This document shows positions 17,903 to 28,045 of a stretch of DNA of 58,020 nt, piece by piece. The stretch comes from an uncultured Pseudomonadota bacterium (lineage in GTDB: Bacteria; Babelota; Babeliae; Babelales; CAIQNR01). Every line of letters begins with the position of its first letter. Positions within the stretch are counted from its first letter, which is position 1. Below the pieces are notes generated by a model. The model did no database searches. It saw only the letters and a program-made list of their open reading frames with translations, and was not told where the DNA came from. The translations under genes were made by a program, and so were the position numbers. The DNA lies in NCBI GenBank assembly GCA_964592275.1, contig CAZQDJ010000002.1, positions 1 to 58,020 on the forward strand, given 5' to 3'.

Positions 17903-18349
17903 ATGATGACTTCTTCCGTAAGTGGATGGCTCCTATTCGGGCTTTTTTGTGTTGTCTTTGAGCTTATAACTCCCGGTCTTTTTTATTGCCTTTCTTTTGC
18001 TTTGGGAACTGTCCCTGCAGCATTGTGTGCATGGTATAATTTTTCGCTTGAGTGGCAAGCAGCCGTGTTTTTTATAAGTTCATTTATTTCATTTTTTATG
18101 CTGTACGTGTGTGTACGCAAAGCGGTCAAAGGTGATGAGCATTATCGATCAAATGTTGATGCGCTACCGGGTAAAAAAGGTTTTGTTGTCGAAAAAGTGT
18201 TCCACCATCATGTGGGACAGGTGCAAGTAGAAGGGGAGATTTGGTCTGCTCAGTCGCTGCATCAAGAATTACTTGAGAAGGGAACTTCAATCATCGTGAT
18301 ACGTGTTGAGGGAGTTCGCTTAATCGTTACTGCTGATAAGCAGTTATAA
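17903..18349 (+). CDS. NfeD-family membrane protein
   Basis: 148 aa. Has N-terminal TM helices and a C-terminal OB-like motif (GQVQVEGEIWSAQS...GTSIIVIRVEGVRLIV). It lies directly upstream of an SPFH gene, the conserved NfeD-stomatin pairing. Confidence 0.7.
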   Translation: MMTSSVSGWLLFGLFCVVFELITPGLFYCLSFALGTVPAALCAWYNFSLEWQAAVFFISSFISFFMLYVCVRKAVKGDEHYRSNVDALPGKKGFVVEKVFHHHVGQVQVEGEIWSAQSLHQELLEKGTSIIVIRVEGVRLIVTADKQL

Positions 18350-18361
18350 GGAGGACCTACA

Positions 18362-19354
18362 ATGGTTATGGAATTTTTATTTGGAGTAGTAGGCGTAGGA
18401 ATAGTTTTTTTCCTCATACTTCTTTCTCGTGCTGTCTATATTGTGAAGCAAAGTGAAGCAGTAGTGATTGAACGATTTGGTCGTTTTCATCGACTTCTTG
18501 GGCCTGGGTTGCATTTAGTATTGCCATTTATGGATGCGCCTCATGCTTCTTTGTGGACCTATGTACAGTTGGTTGAAAAAAATCGTTATTATCGTTTTGC
18601 AAAAAGTATTACTCGTATTGATTTGCGTGAATCAGTTTATGATTTTCCAAAGCAGAATGTTATTACTCGTGATAACGTAAACATAGAAATTAATGCATTA
18701 TTATATTATCAAATTACAAGTCCTAAAGCAGCTATCTATGAAGTTGCAAATTTGCCTGAAGCGATTGAAAAATTGACTCAAACAACATTGCGCAATGTTA
18801 TTGGTTCGCTTGACCTCGATGAAACATTAGTCTCTCGCGATCAGATCAATACAAAGCTTCGTTTGATTCTTGATGATGCTACTGATAAATGGGGTGTCAA
18901 AATTAATCGTGTTGAATTGCAAGAAGTAAATCCACCGCATGATATTCAGCAAGCAATGGAACAACAGATGCGTGCAGAACGCGGTCGCCGTGCAATGATT
19001 TTGGAAGCCGAAGGTAAAAAAGGAGCTTCTATTTTAGAAGCTGAAGGCGATCAAGAATCTCAAATTTTACGAGCAAGAGGTTTGGCAGATTCTCGTATTA
19101 TTGAAGCTGAAGGGCAAGCGCAAGCTCGTTTAAGAGTTTCAAGAGCAGAAGCTGAGTCTATTGAAATTATTCACAAAGCAATACCAGGTGGCGATCCACT
19201 TCCGTATATGATCGCGCGTGAATATATCAAGATGCTTCCAGAAATTACGAAAGATACTAATGGCAAAATGATTGTAGTGCCTTACGAAGCAACTGCGATG
19301 ATGGGGTCATTTGCTTCTATCAAAACAATTTTTGAGCAAGTTTCAACGAGGTGA
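18362..19354 (+). CDS. SPFH/band-7 (stomatin/slipin-like) protein
   Basis: 330 aa. Has an N-terminal TM segment, the motif YIVKQSEAVVIERFGRFHRLLGPGLHLVLPF, and an EAEG-repeat coiled coil. Confidence 0.9.
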   Translation: MVMEFLFGVVGVGIVFFLILLSRAVYIVKQSEAVVIERFGRFHRLLGPGLHLVLPFMDAPHASLWTYVQLVEKNRYYRFAKSITRIDLRESVYDFPKQNVITRDNVNIEINALLYYQITSPKAAIYEVANLPEAIEKLTQTTLRNVIGSLDLDETLVSRDQINTKLRLILDDATDKWGVKINRVELQEVNPPHDIQQAMEQQMRAERGRRAMILEAEGKKGASILEAEGDQESQILRARGLADSRIIEAEGQAQARLRVSRAEAESIEIIHKAIPGGDPLPYMIAREYIKMLPEITKDTNGKMIVVPYEATAMMGSFASIKTIFEQVSTR

Positions 19355-19428
19355 TACTAGTTATATCAGTAAGCGATTCCAATAAAATGGAACTTTAGCT
19401 AAGAATTAGTACAGCTATATACAAATAA

Positions 19429-19463
19429 GAAACAGACCGAGTAACTATCGGTCTGTTTCTCTT
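19429..19463 (+). terminator. rho-independent terminator after the SPFH gene
   Basis: 12-bp stem: gaaacagaccga (19429-19440) pairs with tcggtctgtttc (19448-19459), followed by a T-rich stretch. Confidence 0.7.
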
Positions 19464-19499
19464 TGACGGTGTTTACAGAATTTTTCTTTTGGGGCAGAC

Positions 19500-21002
19500 T
19501 TGCTCCAGATAATGACTGAAAGGAGATTTCAGATGAAAAAAATAGTAAATGTTGTTTTGTATGCTGCTCTAGCACTGTTTTCTGGAGAGATGTACGCTCT
19601 TCAGAAGGGAATTGTTGTTGTTAGTCTTGGATTTGATGATGACGGAAAAGGTAAATTTATCGATGGAATTGCACAGTCTGGTGATGTTGTTGTACGCGCT
19701 CAAGGTGCGAGTGTTGCCGGCCATCATGTAAAAGCTGGTACAAAAGAGTATGATCTTCATCATATTCCGGTTGGTATTTTAAGACCAGAAGTAAAATGTT
19801 ATCTTGCTGGCGGTATGATTCTTGATGTTCCATTATTTTTTAAAGAAATAAAAAATCTCGAAGAAAAAGGGGTAACGGATATTAAGGAGCGACTGCGTGT
19901 TTCAACAAGTGTTCACTTGTTAATGCCCTATCATAAAAAAATAGACAAGCTTGCTACAAAAGCAAATCATGTCCGTGGAAGCTCAATTTCTCGTTATGGG
20001 GTACGTCCTTGTTCTGCTGAAAAACGATTTGGTATTGGTATTCGTTTAGCTGATCTTTTTTCAAAAGATTTCCCTGAATTGCTTAAAAAAGCGGTTGATC
20101 GTTCTAATGAAATTATTACTAAGTTGTATGATGGAGAGCCAATTTCTTATAAACCGTTACTTGAAGAATATAAAAAATATGTAACAGAATTCGCTCCTTA
20201 TGTACGTGATCAGGTTGAGCTAAAATTGAACCGTCTTCTTGCGCAAAAGCGAGGAGGTCCACGGGTTATTTTTGAAGGATCGCATGGAACTTTTTTAGAT
20301 ATATCGCATGGAAATTATCCCTATGTTTCTGCTGGAAGTACGACTGCTGCTGGTATATGTTCCGAAGCTGGAGTTGGTCCAACTCGTATAGGTCATACGC
20401 TTGGAGTAGTAAAGGCTTATGCAACTCGTGTTGGTGAAGGTCCGTTTCCTACGGAAATAAAAGAAGAAAAAATTATTAAAGTTATTCAAAATAAAGCAAA
20501 GCGTAGAAGTCCTGCGGGTGTGAAAGTCCGTTTTGGATGGGTTGACGCTGTGATGGTTCGACAAGGGGTTATGATTAATGGAGTTAATTCCATAGTCGTT
20601 ACGCGTCTTGATGACTTAGATGATTGTGATGAAATAAAAATGTGTATTCATTACAAGTTAGGGGATAAAGATTTTGATTATCTGCCGCCTGTTTCTCGCG
20701 ATCTTGAGTGTGTTTCGCCGTATTACATTACTTTCCCTGGTTGGAAATGTTCGATTGGAAAGGCAAAAAATTTTAGTGAATTACCTGCAGAAGCGCGTGA
20801 TTTTGTAAAAAAACTTGAACGCGTGTGCGGTGTTCCAATCAGCTATATTTCAGTTGGGCCTGAGCGTGAGCAACTTATAGAAGTTATTGCAAATCTGTTG
20901 CCAGAAGGAGCAGTTCCTTCTGCACAACAGAAATGGGCAAAATGCTCTGCACAACAGAAATTAGAAAAATGTTCACAAAAATCTACTGAAAATATACGAT
21001 AA
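19500..21002 (+). CDS. purA: divergent adenylosuccinate synthetase-like protein with N- and C-terminal extensions
   Basis: PurA blocks are present: DDDGKGK (canonical GDEGKGK), FEGSHGTFLDISHGNYPYVSAGS, KAYATRVGEGPFPTE and TRLDDL. The best-supported start is the ATG at 19533, with AGGAG 7 nt upstream, which gives a signal-like N-terminus. An alternative ATG lies at 19590. Confidence 0.85.
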   Translation: MLQIMTERRFQMKKIVNVVLYAALALFSGEMYALQKGIVVVSLGFDDDGKGKFIDGIAQSGDVVVRAQGASVAGHHVKAGTKEYDLHHIPVGILRPEVKCYLAGGMILDVPLFFKEIKNLEEKGVTDIKERLRVSTSVHLLMPYHKKIDKLATKANHVRGSSISRYGVRPCSAEKRFGIGIRLADLFSKDFPELLKKAVDRSNEIITKLYDGEPISYKPLLEEYKKYVTEFAPYVRDQVELKLNRLLAQKRGGPRVIFEGSHGTFLDISHGNYPYVSAGSTTAAGICSEAGVGPTRIGHTLGVVKAYATRVGEGPFPTEIKEEKIIKVIQNKAKRRSPAGVKVRFGWVDAVMVRQGVMINGVNSIVVTRLDDLDDCDEIKMCIHYKLGDKDFDYLPPVSRDLECVSPYYITFPGWKCSIGKAKNFSELPAEARDFVKKLERVCGVPISYISVGPEREQLIEVIANLLPEGAVPSAQQKWAKCSAQQKLEKCSQKSTENIR

Positions 21003-21509
21003 AATTACCCTTATTTTAGTATCAAAGGACAATCGATTCTCATTAATGTAATTAAACAGTATTTGTTGGCATTGCTGAAATTTTTTTTTGGGATGATTAA
21101 GATACAAACGAGTGCTAGGATAGCATACTTTTTAGACATGATTTTCCTTTACAGAAAATAAAATTACTTAAAAAAAAGAATTATTTTTGAATGACCGCAC
21201 AATAGGCGGTAAAGGCAGCTTGTGCCTGATAGACATACAAATGTCTAATGGGTGAAGTACCCAAAGAGGAAGTGACAATTGGAATAATAAGATGTAATAA
21301 TGTAAGAAAGTTCATTGAATAACAATGTGTTTCTAGGGGTGGATTTTCTTTTGGACAACGCCTATGGCGCAAAAATTCTAACATGAAGATTCCTTCTTTT
21401 AGAGAGGTTAATTAAAAACACTGGAATATTATTCTAAATCGGCTGCTTTTGAATAACAAGACCTTGTGGTTTAGATGATAAGTTATAGTGTAGAAATGCG
21501 GATTGTTCT

Positions 21510-21544
21510 ATAAAAAAAGGACCCAAACAAAAGTATGGATCCTT
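21510..21544 (-). terminator. rho-independent terminator after the 21562-22008 gene
   Basis: On the minus strand, aaggatcc ... gggtcctt is followed by a T-run. Confidence 0.5.
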
Positions 21545-21561
21545 CGTAAAACGTATGAAGT

Positions 21562-22008
21562 TTATATCGAAACTATACTAGCAGAAGGTTCGCTTGCTTT
21601 ATCACTAAGCAAAGATTGTTTCCATGAACGAATTGCTTGTGTACATTCCTCTGATTCAAGTTCTTTATCAAGGAACTCCATTAAAAGCTCTTTATCTTTC
21701 ATGGTTGCTATAAGGTCTTTAAGGGCTCCGGATTTACTACGTACAATAAGTTGTAAAGCGCTAAAAAACTGTGAGGCCCCTTGTACTACTTGCGTAAGAC
21801 CAGCTGAAGCAAGCTCAGGATTATCATCTTTCCTTCCTGCAGCAAATGCAAAAAGACCTGGAATGATTCCCAAGAAATTTTTTAAAATGACTGGCCCATA
21901 ATCAATATCTTCCTCTTTGGTTGCCGTGGGGGATGGTTTTTGTGCAGGAACTTGCTCGGCAAAACAGGAAACAGAACAGATAACTAAAAATAATGACATT
22001 ACTTTCAT
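21562..22008 (-). CDS. hypothetical secreted protein
   Basis: 148 aa. SD GAGGAG is upstream. The signal peptide is MKVMSLFLVICSVSCFA. I prefer this over the antisense ORF 21503-21901. Confidence 0.55.
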   Translation of the reverse strand: MKVMSLFLVICSVSCFAEQVPAQKPSPTATKEEDIDYGPVILKNFLGIIPGLFAFAAGRKDDNPELASAGLTQVVQGASQFFSALQLIVRSKSGALKDLIATMKDKELLMEFLDKELESEECTQAIRSWKQSLLSDKASEPSASIVSI

Positions 22009-22065
22009 ACAAAACTCCTCTTTTAAGATTGTACTATCTTTATTTTCTATACTGTTTTGTATGAG

Positions 22066-23376
22066 TTAATGGGAAGGGTAGGTAATTTTTTCTTTAAAAA
22101 TCAGAACTTGGACAATACGTTTTTCTGTTGATTTTTGAATTTGAAAAATATGTTTTTTATATTTTAAACGTTCACCTTTTTTAGGAAGATGTTGAAGTTG
22201 TTCCATTAAAAAGCCACCTAAAGTAACAGCATCTTCTGTATCAAAACGAATGTTGAGAAGCAGTTCAAGTTCATCAAGATCAACTCCTGCATAGACAAGC
22301 CATCCTCCACGTTCAAGTGGAACAATGTGTTCTGCTACCGATTCATGTTCGTCACTTATATCGCCCACAATTTCTTCGATAGCATCTTCAAGGGTTACTA
22401 AGCCAATGATGCCACCGTATTCATTGAGCACCATAGCAATGTGTCTGCGTTGCTGTTTGAATTGACGCAAAAGTTGGTTAACTTTCATGCTTTCAGGAAC
22501 AAATGAAATAGGACGAACAAGTTCTTTAAGTTCTTTTTTTTCACCTTTTGAAAGTAATAAAAAAACATCTTTTTGGTGAACCATACCGATGATATTGCCA
22601 GCCTTATGTTCATAAACAGGTAACCGAGAGAAATGATATTTAGAAAACATTTCAAGAGCATCACTTAATGAAGCAGAAACGTTCAAAGTAACAATATCAA
22701 CCTCGGGAACCATGATTTCTTCGACAGTGGTGTGTCCAAGCTCAAAAATACTATGAAGCATTTGGCTTTTGTCGGTATCCATTTTTCCCTGTTTATTGAT
22801 GTAATCGATTAAGAATTGAATTTCTTTTTCAGAGGCAATGGCTTGTTCTGCCCCATCTCCTTTTTCTCGAAAAAGCCCTGTGATAAAATTTGAAAGAGAA
22901 AAAAGAACAATAACAATGGGGTACATTAAAAAATAAATAACACTTGTTAGCCATAATGTTGATTTAAAAAGACGTTGACCTTGAGATTGGGCAATATTTT
23001 TTGGAATAACTTCTCCAATAATCAAAATAGTACCTGTTGCAATTGCGATACCTAATGAAAAGCCAAGGCCTTGTGAAAGATGCATTTTTGCAAAAATCTC
23101 TTCCATAACATGGGTAATCAAAGCAGCAGCAGTAACATTTGCAATGTTGTTTGCTATTAAAATTGAAATAAGTACTCGTTGAGGCTCTTTTTCTAGAGCA
23201 GCGAGAAGTGTTTTATAGCCACCAGTACTTTTTGAAAGTTCATTAAGATTAAAAAGACGTAATGCCGTAATAGAAGTTTCTAAAAAAGAAAAAAGTGCGC
23301 AAAGCAAAAGAGAAACACCAAAGTATGAAAACTGAAGAGTTACCTCAGAAGTTATGAGCGGATCCATAAATTTCAA
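22066..23376 (-). CDS. CNNM/CorC-HlyC family transporter (DUF21 + CBS pair + CorC_HlyC)
   Basis: 436 aa. Has an N-terminal 4-TM DUF21-like region, a CBS pair (VEEIMVPEVDIV...; ...HIAMVLNEYGGIIGLVTLEDAIEEIVGDI) and a C-terminal transporter-associated domain. Confidence 0.85.
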   Translation of the reverse strand: MKFMDPLITSEVTLQFSYFGVSLLLCALFSFLETSITALRLFNLNELSKSTGGYKTLLAALEKEPQRVLISILIANNIANVTAAALITHVMEEIFAKMHLSQGLGFSLGIAIATGTILIIGEVIPKNIAQSQGQRLFKSTLWLTSVIYFLMYPIVIVLFSLSNFITGLFREKGDGAEQAIASEKEIQFLIDYINKQGKMDTDKSQMLHSIFELGHTTVEEIMVPEVDIVTLNVSASLSDALEMFSKYHFSRLPVYEHKAGNIIGMVHQKDVFLLLSKGEKKELKELVRPISFVPESMKVNQLLRQFKQQRRHIAMVLNEYGGIIGLVTLEDAIEEIVGDISDEHESVAEHIVPLERGGWLVYAGVDLDELELLLNIRFDTEDAVTLGGFLMEQLQHLPKKGERLKYKKHIFQIQKSTEKRIVQVLIFKEKITYPSH

Positions 23377-23465
23377 CCTTTTCTATAGGTTTGGATTACT
23401 TGTATTTTTAATTATACAATCCATAATTACATTATTTTTTCTACTTAGTAATTTTAGCATTATTT

Positions 23466-25520
23466 TTATTCGTCAGACTCATCCCCTTCTTCAACGTCTC
23501 CAGGAGCGAAATCGAGTTCTTTTTCAAAAAATGACTGAAGTTTTTTGCTGCGGGAAGGGTGGCGAAGTTTTCGTAATGCTTTGACTTCAATTTGGCGAAT
23601 ACGTTCACGGGTCACTGAAAAATCTTTACCAACTTCTTCAAGAGTGTGCTCTGAAGCGACATCGATACCAAAGCGCATTTTGAGAACTTTTTCTTCACGA
23701 GGAGCGAGTGTTTTAAGAACTTCACGTACTCGTTCTTTTAAGTCTGAATTTGCAACAGCTTCAGCAGGGGAGTAATCATTTTCATTTTCTATGAAATCTT
23801 TAATGAAGGCATCTTCGCTGTCTCCGACAGGAGTTTCAAGAGAAATGGGCTCTTTTGAAATTTTGATAATGTTTTTTATCTTTTTCTCATCAAGATTCAA
23901 TTCTTTTGCTAATTCAGCAGAGCTTGGTTCACGACCATTTTGTTGTACAAAAATGCGTTTTATTTTGTTTATTTTATTAAGGGTTTCAACCATATGAACG
24001 GGAACCCGAATGGTGCGGGATTGATCAGCAATAGCACGAGTAATTGCTTGACGAATCCACCAGGTTGCATAGGTAGAAAATTTATAACCGCGTTCAAACT
24101 CGAATTTTTCAACTGCTTTCATGAGCCCAATATTGCCTTCTTGGATCAATTCTAAAAAGTGTAGTCCACGGTTGACGTATTTTTTTGCAAGATTAACCAC
24201 AAGACGAAGGTTTGCTTTTGCAAGCTCATCTTTTGCAAACTTATCATCTTTCTGACTTTTTATGAGTTGGCGATAATAAAGAGTTATCTTATCAAGAGGA
24301 ATGCCCGCTTCTAGTTCTGTTTTTTTGATCGATTTTCGCGCCATTCTGATAGCAACTTCAAGGTCATTCCTTGTTTCTATGTCATCAGAAGAAGGGTTTT
24401 TTGTTTTTTTCATAGAAGCTAAGCGATCTTCACTTTCCTTAATCAAATGTTGACGCTCTTGAATTTTGGTAAGGAATTTTTCAATACGCTTACCCATTTT
24501 GCGAATGAATTTATTGGCAATACGAATCGATTTAATTGTTTCGATAACGGCTTGTTTGTTTTCACGAACTTTAGCAAGCATCTCTTTTTTCATGCCATCA
24601 GAAGAAAGTTTATCTCGGTAGGCTGCGTAAATTTTTTCTTCGTTTTTAATGAGTTCTTCGATCTTGGAGATAGTATCTAGAAAAGCTTTTTTTTCTTCTT
24701 CAATTTTAGGAAGATTTTCCTCATCAAATTCAGCAAATTGAATGATGTCTTTTAAAGGAAGGGTATTGGTATGGAGTCTTTCGCCAATACTTAAGAATTC
24801 TTTATGAACAAAAGGAAAGTGAGAAATTGCGTCAATGCAAGAACGTTTACTATTAGCAATTTTATCAGAGATAACTTTTTCAGTGATCTTATTTAAAAGA
24901 GGAATTTTACCAATATCACGGAGATAACATTTAACCCCATCGGTGATATACGTTGAATCAGAAACATCTTTTATTGATCTATCTTCGTCATCGCTGTCTT
25001 CTTCATCTGCATCAAGGAGATCTTCAGAATGAAGACTACTTGCAAGTTTTTCTTTGATAACAGCTTGTGTGCCAAGATCATCTTTTTCAATATCATGAAG
25101 ATCTGAGCCGTGCCCATGGAGTTCTTCTTCCATCAAAAGTTCGATATGTTCTCGTTCAAGAGTTTTGAAAAGATCGGTAGTTTCTTTTTCGGTAAGATGA
25201 TTGCGTTCATTAAAAGCGATAACTTCTTCATAGGTAAGAGCATTTGATTCTCTGCCTTTTTCTATGAGTGTATCGATAAGTTCTTTTTTAAAATCAACAT
25301 CTTTTTTATTCCCAACAGTTTTGGTCTTTGAGGTGGGATCTATTTTTTTTGGAGTACTTTTTTTTGCTGAAATTTTTGCGTCAAGAGAGCCATTATTAGA
25401 AAGTGTGTTTTTTTTGTTAAGAGCAACGGGTTTAGCGCGAACAACTTCTTTGGCGTTGGCATTAGCAACACTTTTTGTGGTTGATGCGTTTTTGTTTGCC
25501 GTTGTTTTTTTTGTAGTCAT
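23466..25520 (-). CDS. rpoD: RNA polymerase primary sigma factor
   Basis: 684 aa. Region 2 is [27 protein letters not shown] and region 4.2 is [30 protein letters not shown]. It has a long K-rich, acidic N-terminal region. Confidence 0.95.
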   Translation of the reverse strand: MTTKKTTANKNASTTKSVANANAKEVVRAKPVALNKKNTLSNNGSLDAKISAKKSTPKKIDPTSKTKTVGNKKDVDFKKELIDTLIEKGRESNALTYEEVIAFNERNHLTEKETTDLFKTLEREHIELLMEEELHGHGSDLHDIEKDDLGTQAVIKEKLASSLHSEDLLDADEEDSDDEDRSIKDVSDSTYITDGVKCYLRDIGKIPLLNKITEKVISDKIANSKRSCIDAISHFPFVHKEFLSIGERLHTNTLPLKDIIQFAEFDEENLPKIEEEKKAFLDTISKIEELIKNEEKIYAAYRDKLSSDGMKKEMLAKVRENKQAVIETIKSIRIANKFIRKMGKRIEKFLTKIQERQHLIKESEDRLASMKKTKNPSSDDIETRNDLEVAIRMARKSIKKTELEAGIPLDKITLYYRQLIKSQKDDKFAKDELAKANLRLVVNLAKKYVNRGLHFLELIQEGNIGLMKAVEKFEFERGYKFSTYATWWIRQAITRAIADQSRTIRVPVHMVETLNKINKIKRIFVQQNGREPSSAELAKELNLDEKKIKNIIKISKEPISLETPVGDSEDAFIKDFIENENDYSPAEAVANSDLKERVREVLKTLAPREEKVLKMRFGIDVASEHTLEEVGKDFSVTRERIRQIEVKALRKLRHPSRSKKLQSFFEKELDFAPGDVEEGDESDE

Positions 25521-27260
25521 TTATATAAGCCCCTTGTGTAATAACCTTTTTTTTAGTTCTAAAAACGACTCTACGATTGTGCGAATTCGCTCGGAATCGT
25601 TTTTTTCTTGTGCTTGAGAGAGTTTTATTTTGGTAAAACTTACAATTTTTTTCCAATATTTCTTTTCAAGAAGAAGAAGAAGTTGTTCAATGTCACAAGA
25701 TTCTTCCTCTTGTGTAAAGAGTAATTGATTTACAAGCGTTTTTTCTTGTTCTTCAAGAGCATTAAAAAAAATGATAAAACGTTGCTCTTTTTCACTTTCA
25801 CTTTCAAATCGTGGTACTTTCTTCATGATGGCGTAAAATGGTTCTGGAAGGTAGTCAAGAAGATCTCTTACTTGTGGATTTTCAAGAAGCATAAGGTTAT
25901 TAAATATAGCAGAAATGAAATTTTTTTCTAAACTAGAAAGTTCTGTTAAAACAGGTTTTTGTTCAAGATTTTGATTTTTTTCAAAGATTTCTGATGAAAA
26001 TGAGTTTAATTCTTGCCGTAATGAAGCCAAGGGAAGGTTAAAGGTAAGAGCTGCTCGTTGAAGCAAAATTTCCTTTTTTAAAGGGTTATCAATTTTTTTA
26101 ATAATCTCTAAAAAACTACGCGTTGCTTGGAGTTTAAGGGTAAGGGGCTTTGTGGAATATTCTTGTCCTAACGATGTTAAGAAAAATTCTAAAACATCGG
26201 TGGCATTTTGAACAAAAGGGGCAAGATCGGTTTGCGTTTCAAAAAATGCTGCCGGATCTTTTGCTTCCGGGAGCACTACAACTTTAATTTCTAGGTCAAA
26301 TTGCCAGCAAAGTTGGGCAAGGCGTAAGGTAGCTTTGTGTCCTGCATCATCATTATCGTACAGGGTATAAAGAGTATGGATGTGATGAGAAAGTGCTTTC
26401 AAGTGTTCTTGGGTACAGGCAGTTCCGAGGGTAGCAACGGTGTTACTGTATCCATGTTGCACGAGTGCTATGCAGTCAGTATATCCTTCCACAAGAAAAG
26501 CACTGTTCGTTTTTTGCATTTCTTTTTTTGCGCTATCAAAGCCAAAGAGGAGTGATCCTTTTTGAAAAAAAATGTTTTCTTTTGAGTTGTAGTATTTTGA
26601 GCGTTGATCACCAGGTTTAAAAATTCGTCCACCAAAACCACAACAATGTCCAAGGTGGTCCTTGATAGGAAAAAGAATGCGTCCTTCAAAGGGAGAATAA
26701 GGCGTTTTACCCTCATTGATAATTCCTGCTTGAAAAAGGTCTTCAAGTAAAAAATTATGTTGTGCAGCTTCCTTAATAAGATCTTTGAGAGCTTTTTCTC
26801 CCTCAGGAAAATAGCCTATGGTGAAAGACTGGATACTTTTTTGAGAAATGTTTCGTTGTTGAAGGTATGCAAGGGCATGGGGTGTTTTAAGAAGTTGTGT
26901 ATGTCCCCATTTTGCTACCAATTCACATAAAACAAAATGTCGTTTTTTTTCATCAAGTGTTACAGTTTCATGTGCAAAATTTTCTGGTAATTCAATGCCG
27001 TAGCGTTCAGCAAGTTGTTTTGCTGCTTCAATTTGTGTGCAATTTTCTATTTTACTTAAAAATGAAATCACATCTCCGCCTGCTTGGCATCCAAAGCAAT
27101 AAAACATTTCACGATGTGGGCTTACAGTAAATGAAGCGGTGCGTTCACTATGAAATGGACATTGTCCTTTCCAGTAGCCACCAATTTTTTTGAGAACCGT
27201 GTGTTCATTTATTACATCTAGGATAGAAACACGTTCTTTGATGATAGCAAATAGATTCAT
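25521..27260 (-). CDS. dnaG: DNA primase
   Basis: 579 aa. The zinc finger is CPFHSERTASFTVSPHREMFYCFGCQAGGDVISF, and a TOPRIM motif (LVEGYTDCIAL) is present. Its stop directly abuts the rpoD start (TAAATG). Confidence 0.95.
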   Translation of the reverse strand: MNLFAIIKERVSILDVINEHTVLKKIGGYWKGQCPFHSERTASFTVSPHREMFYCFGCQAGGDVISFLSKIENCTQIEAAKQLAERYGIELPENFAHETVTLDEKKRHFVLCELVAKWGHTQLLKTPHALAYLQQRNISQKSIQSFTIGYFPEGEKALKDLIKEAAQHNFLLEDLFQAGIINEGKTPYSPFEGRILFPIKDHLGHCCGFGGRIFKPGDQRSKYYNSKENIFFQKGSLLFGFDSAKKEMQKTNSAFLVEGYTDCIALVQHGYSNTVATLGTACTQEHLKALSHHIHTLYTLYDNDDAGHKATLRLAQLCWQFDLEIKVVVLPEAKDPAAFFETQTDLAPFVQNATDVLEFFLTSLGQEYSTKPLTLKLQATRSFLEIIKKIDNPLKKEILLQRAALTFNLPLASLRQELNSFSSEIFEKNQNLEQKPVLTELSSLEKNFISAIFNNLMLLENPQVRDLLDYLPEPFYAIMKKVPRFESESEKEQRFIIFFNALEEQEKTLVNQLLFTQEEESCDIEQLLLLLEKKYWKKIVSFTKIKLSQAQEKNDSERIRTIVESFLELKKRLLHKGLI

Positions 27261-28045
27261 GAGCGTAGATTATTAGAAGAAGGAGTGAAGATTTTTGTAA
27301 ATGTTGCAAGAAAAAGAATTATAATACCTACCATTCCTACTCCTCCTGCTGCAATTTGCGAGAAAGAAAAATTATCAGATATGAGTGTGCGATCTCCACG
27401 TAAAAAGTCAACGCTAAAACGTTCAATGCTCATGAGGATAAAATAGAGTCCAAAAAGTTGGCCTGTTTTGGTAAATTTTCTTTGAGCTAAGGTATACATA
27501 CCTATAAACAATAAGAATTCTAAAAAAGCGCTATATAATTGCGTTGGATGAATTGATTCGCATAGTGGTGCAAGTGAGTCTGGATCAGTGTACATAATAG
27601 CCGTAAAGCAGATAGTGGGTATGCCATAACAGCAGCCAGCAAAAAAGCAGCCAAGTCGAGAAATAGCAAAGGTAAGAGGTATGTAAATCACTGCTCGGTC
27701 AAATGATTTGATAATGGGAAGATTATGAAGTCGCATGTATAAACTGATAGAAAGAGGAACTGCTATAAATGCTCCTAAGACAGAAAAACCTGTATTCCAA
27801 AAACTAAATAATTCTTTCAAATTACCGCATGACCCTATGCATTCTAAAAGATATAATAACTTTCCTCCTACTACTCCCGAGACTATTGAGAGCGCAACGA
27901 GCGTGTAGACCTGATCCATGGTTAAAAGCTTCTTTCTTTTGAAGTCATAGGTAAAACCAATCAAAAAAGCAGATACGCCAAGAGCGATCATTGCCCCATA
28001 AATATGGAGAGAGAAAGGACCAAAAATATGAAGATTCAGTGGCAT
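27257..28045 (-). CDS. lgt: prolipoprotein diacylglyceryl transferase
   Basis: 262 aa and polytopic. Contains SRLGCFFAGCCYG and HPTQLYSAFLE motifs. It overlaps dnaG by 4 bp. Confidence 0.9.
   Translation of the reverse strand: MPLNLHIFGPFSLHIYGAMIALGVSAFLIGFTYDFKRKKLLTMDQVYTLVALSIVSGVVGGKLLYLLECIGSCGNLKELFSFWNTGFSVLGAFIAVPLSISLYMRLHNLPIIKSFDRAVIYIPLTFAISRLGCFFAGCCYGIPTICFTAIMYTDPDSLAPLCESIHPTQLYSAFLEFLLFIGMYTLAQRKFTKTGQLFGLYFILMSIERFSVDFLRGDRTLISDNFSFSQIAAGGVGMVGIIILFLATFTKIFTPSSNNLRS

Noticed and set aside
21503-21901. 132-aa plus-strand ORF
   Set aside because: It is fully antisense to the 21562-22008 ORF. That ORF has a good SD, a signal peptide and a downstream terminator, whereas the plus-strand ORF has none of these.
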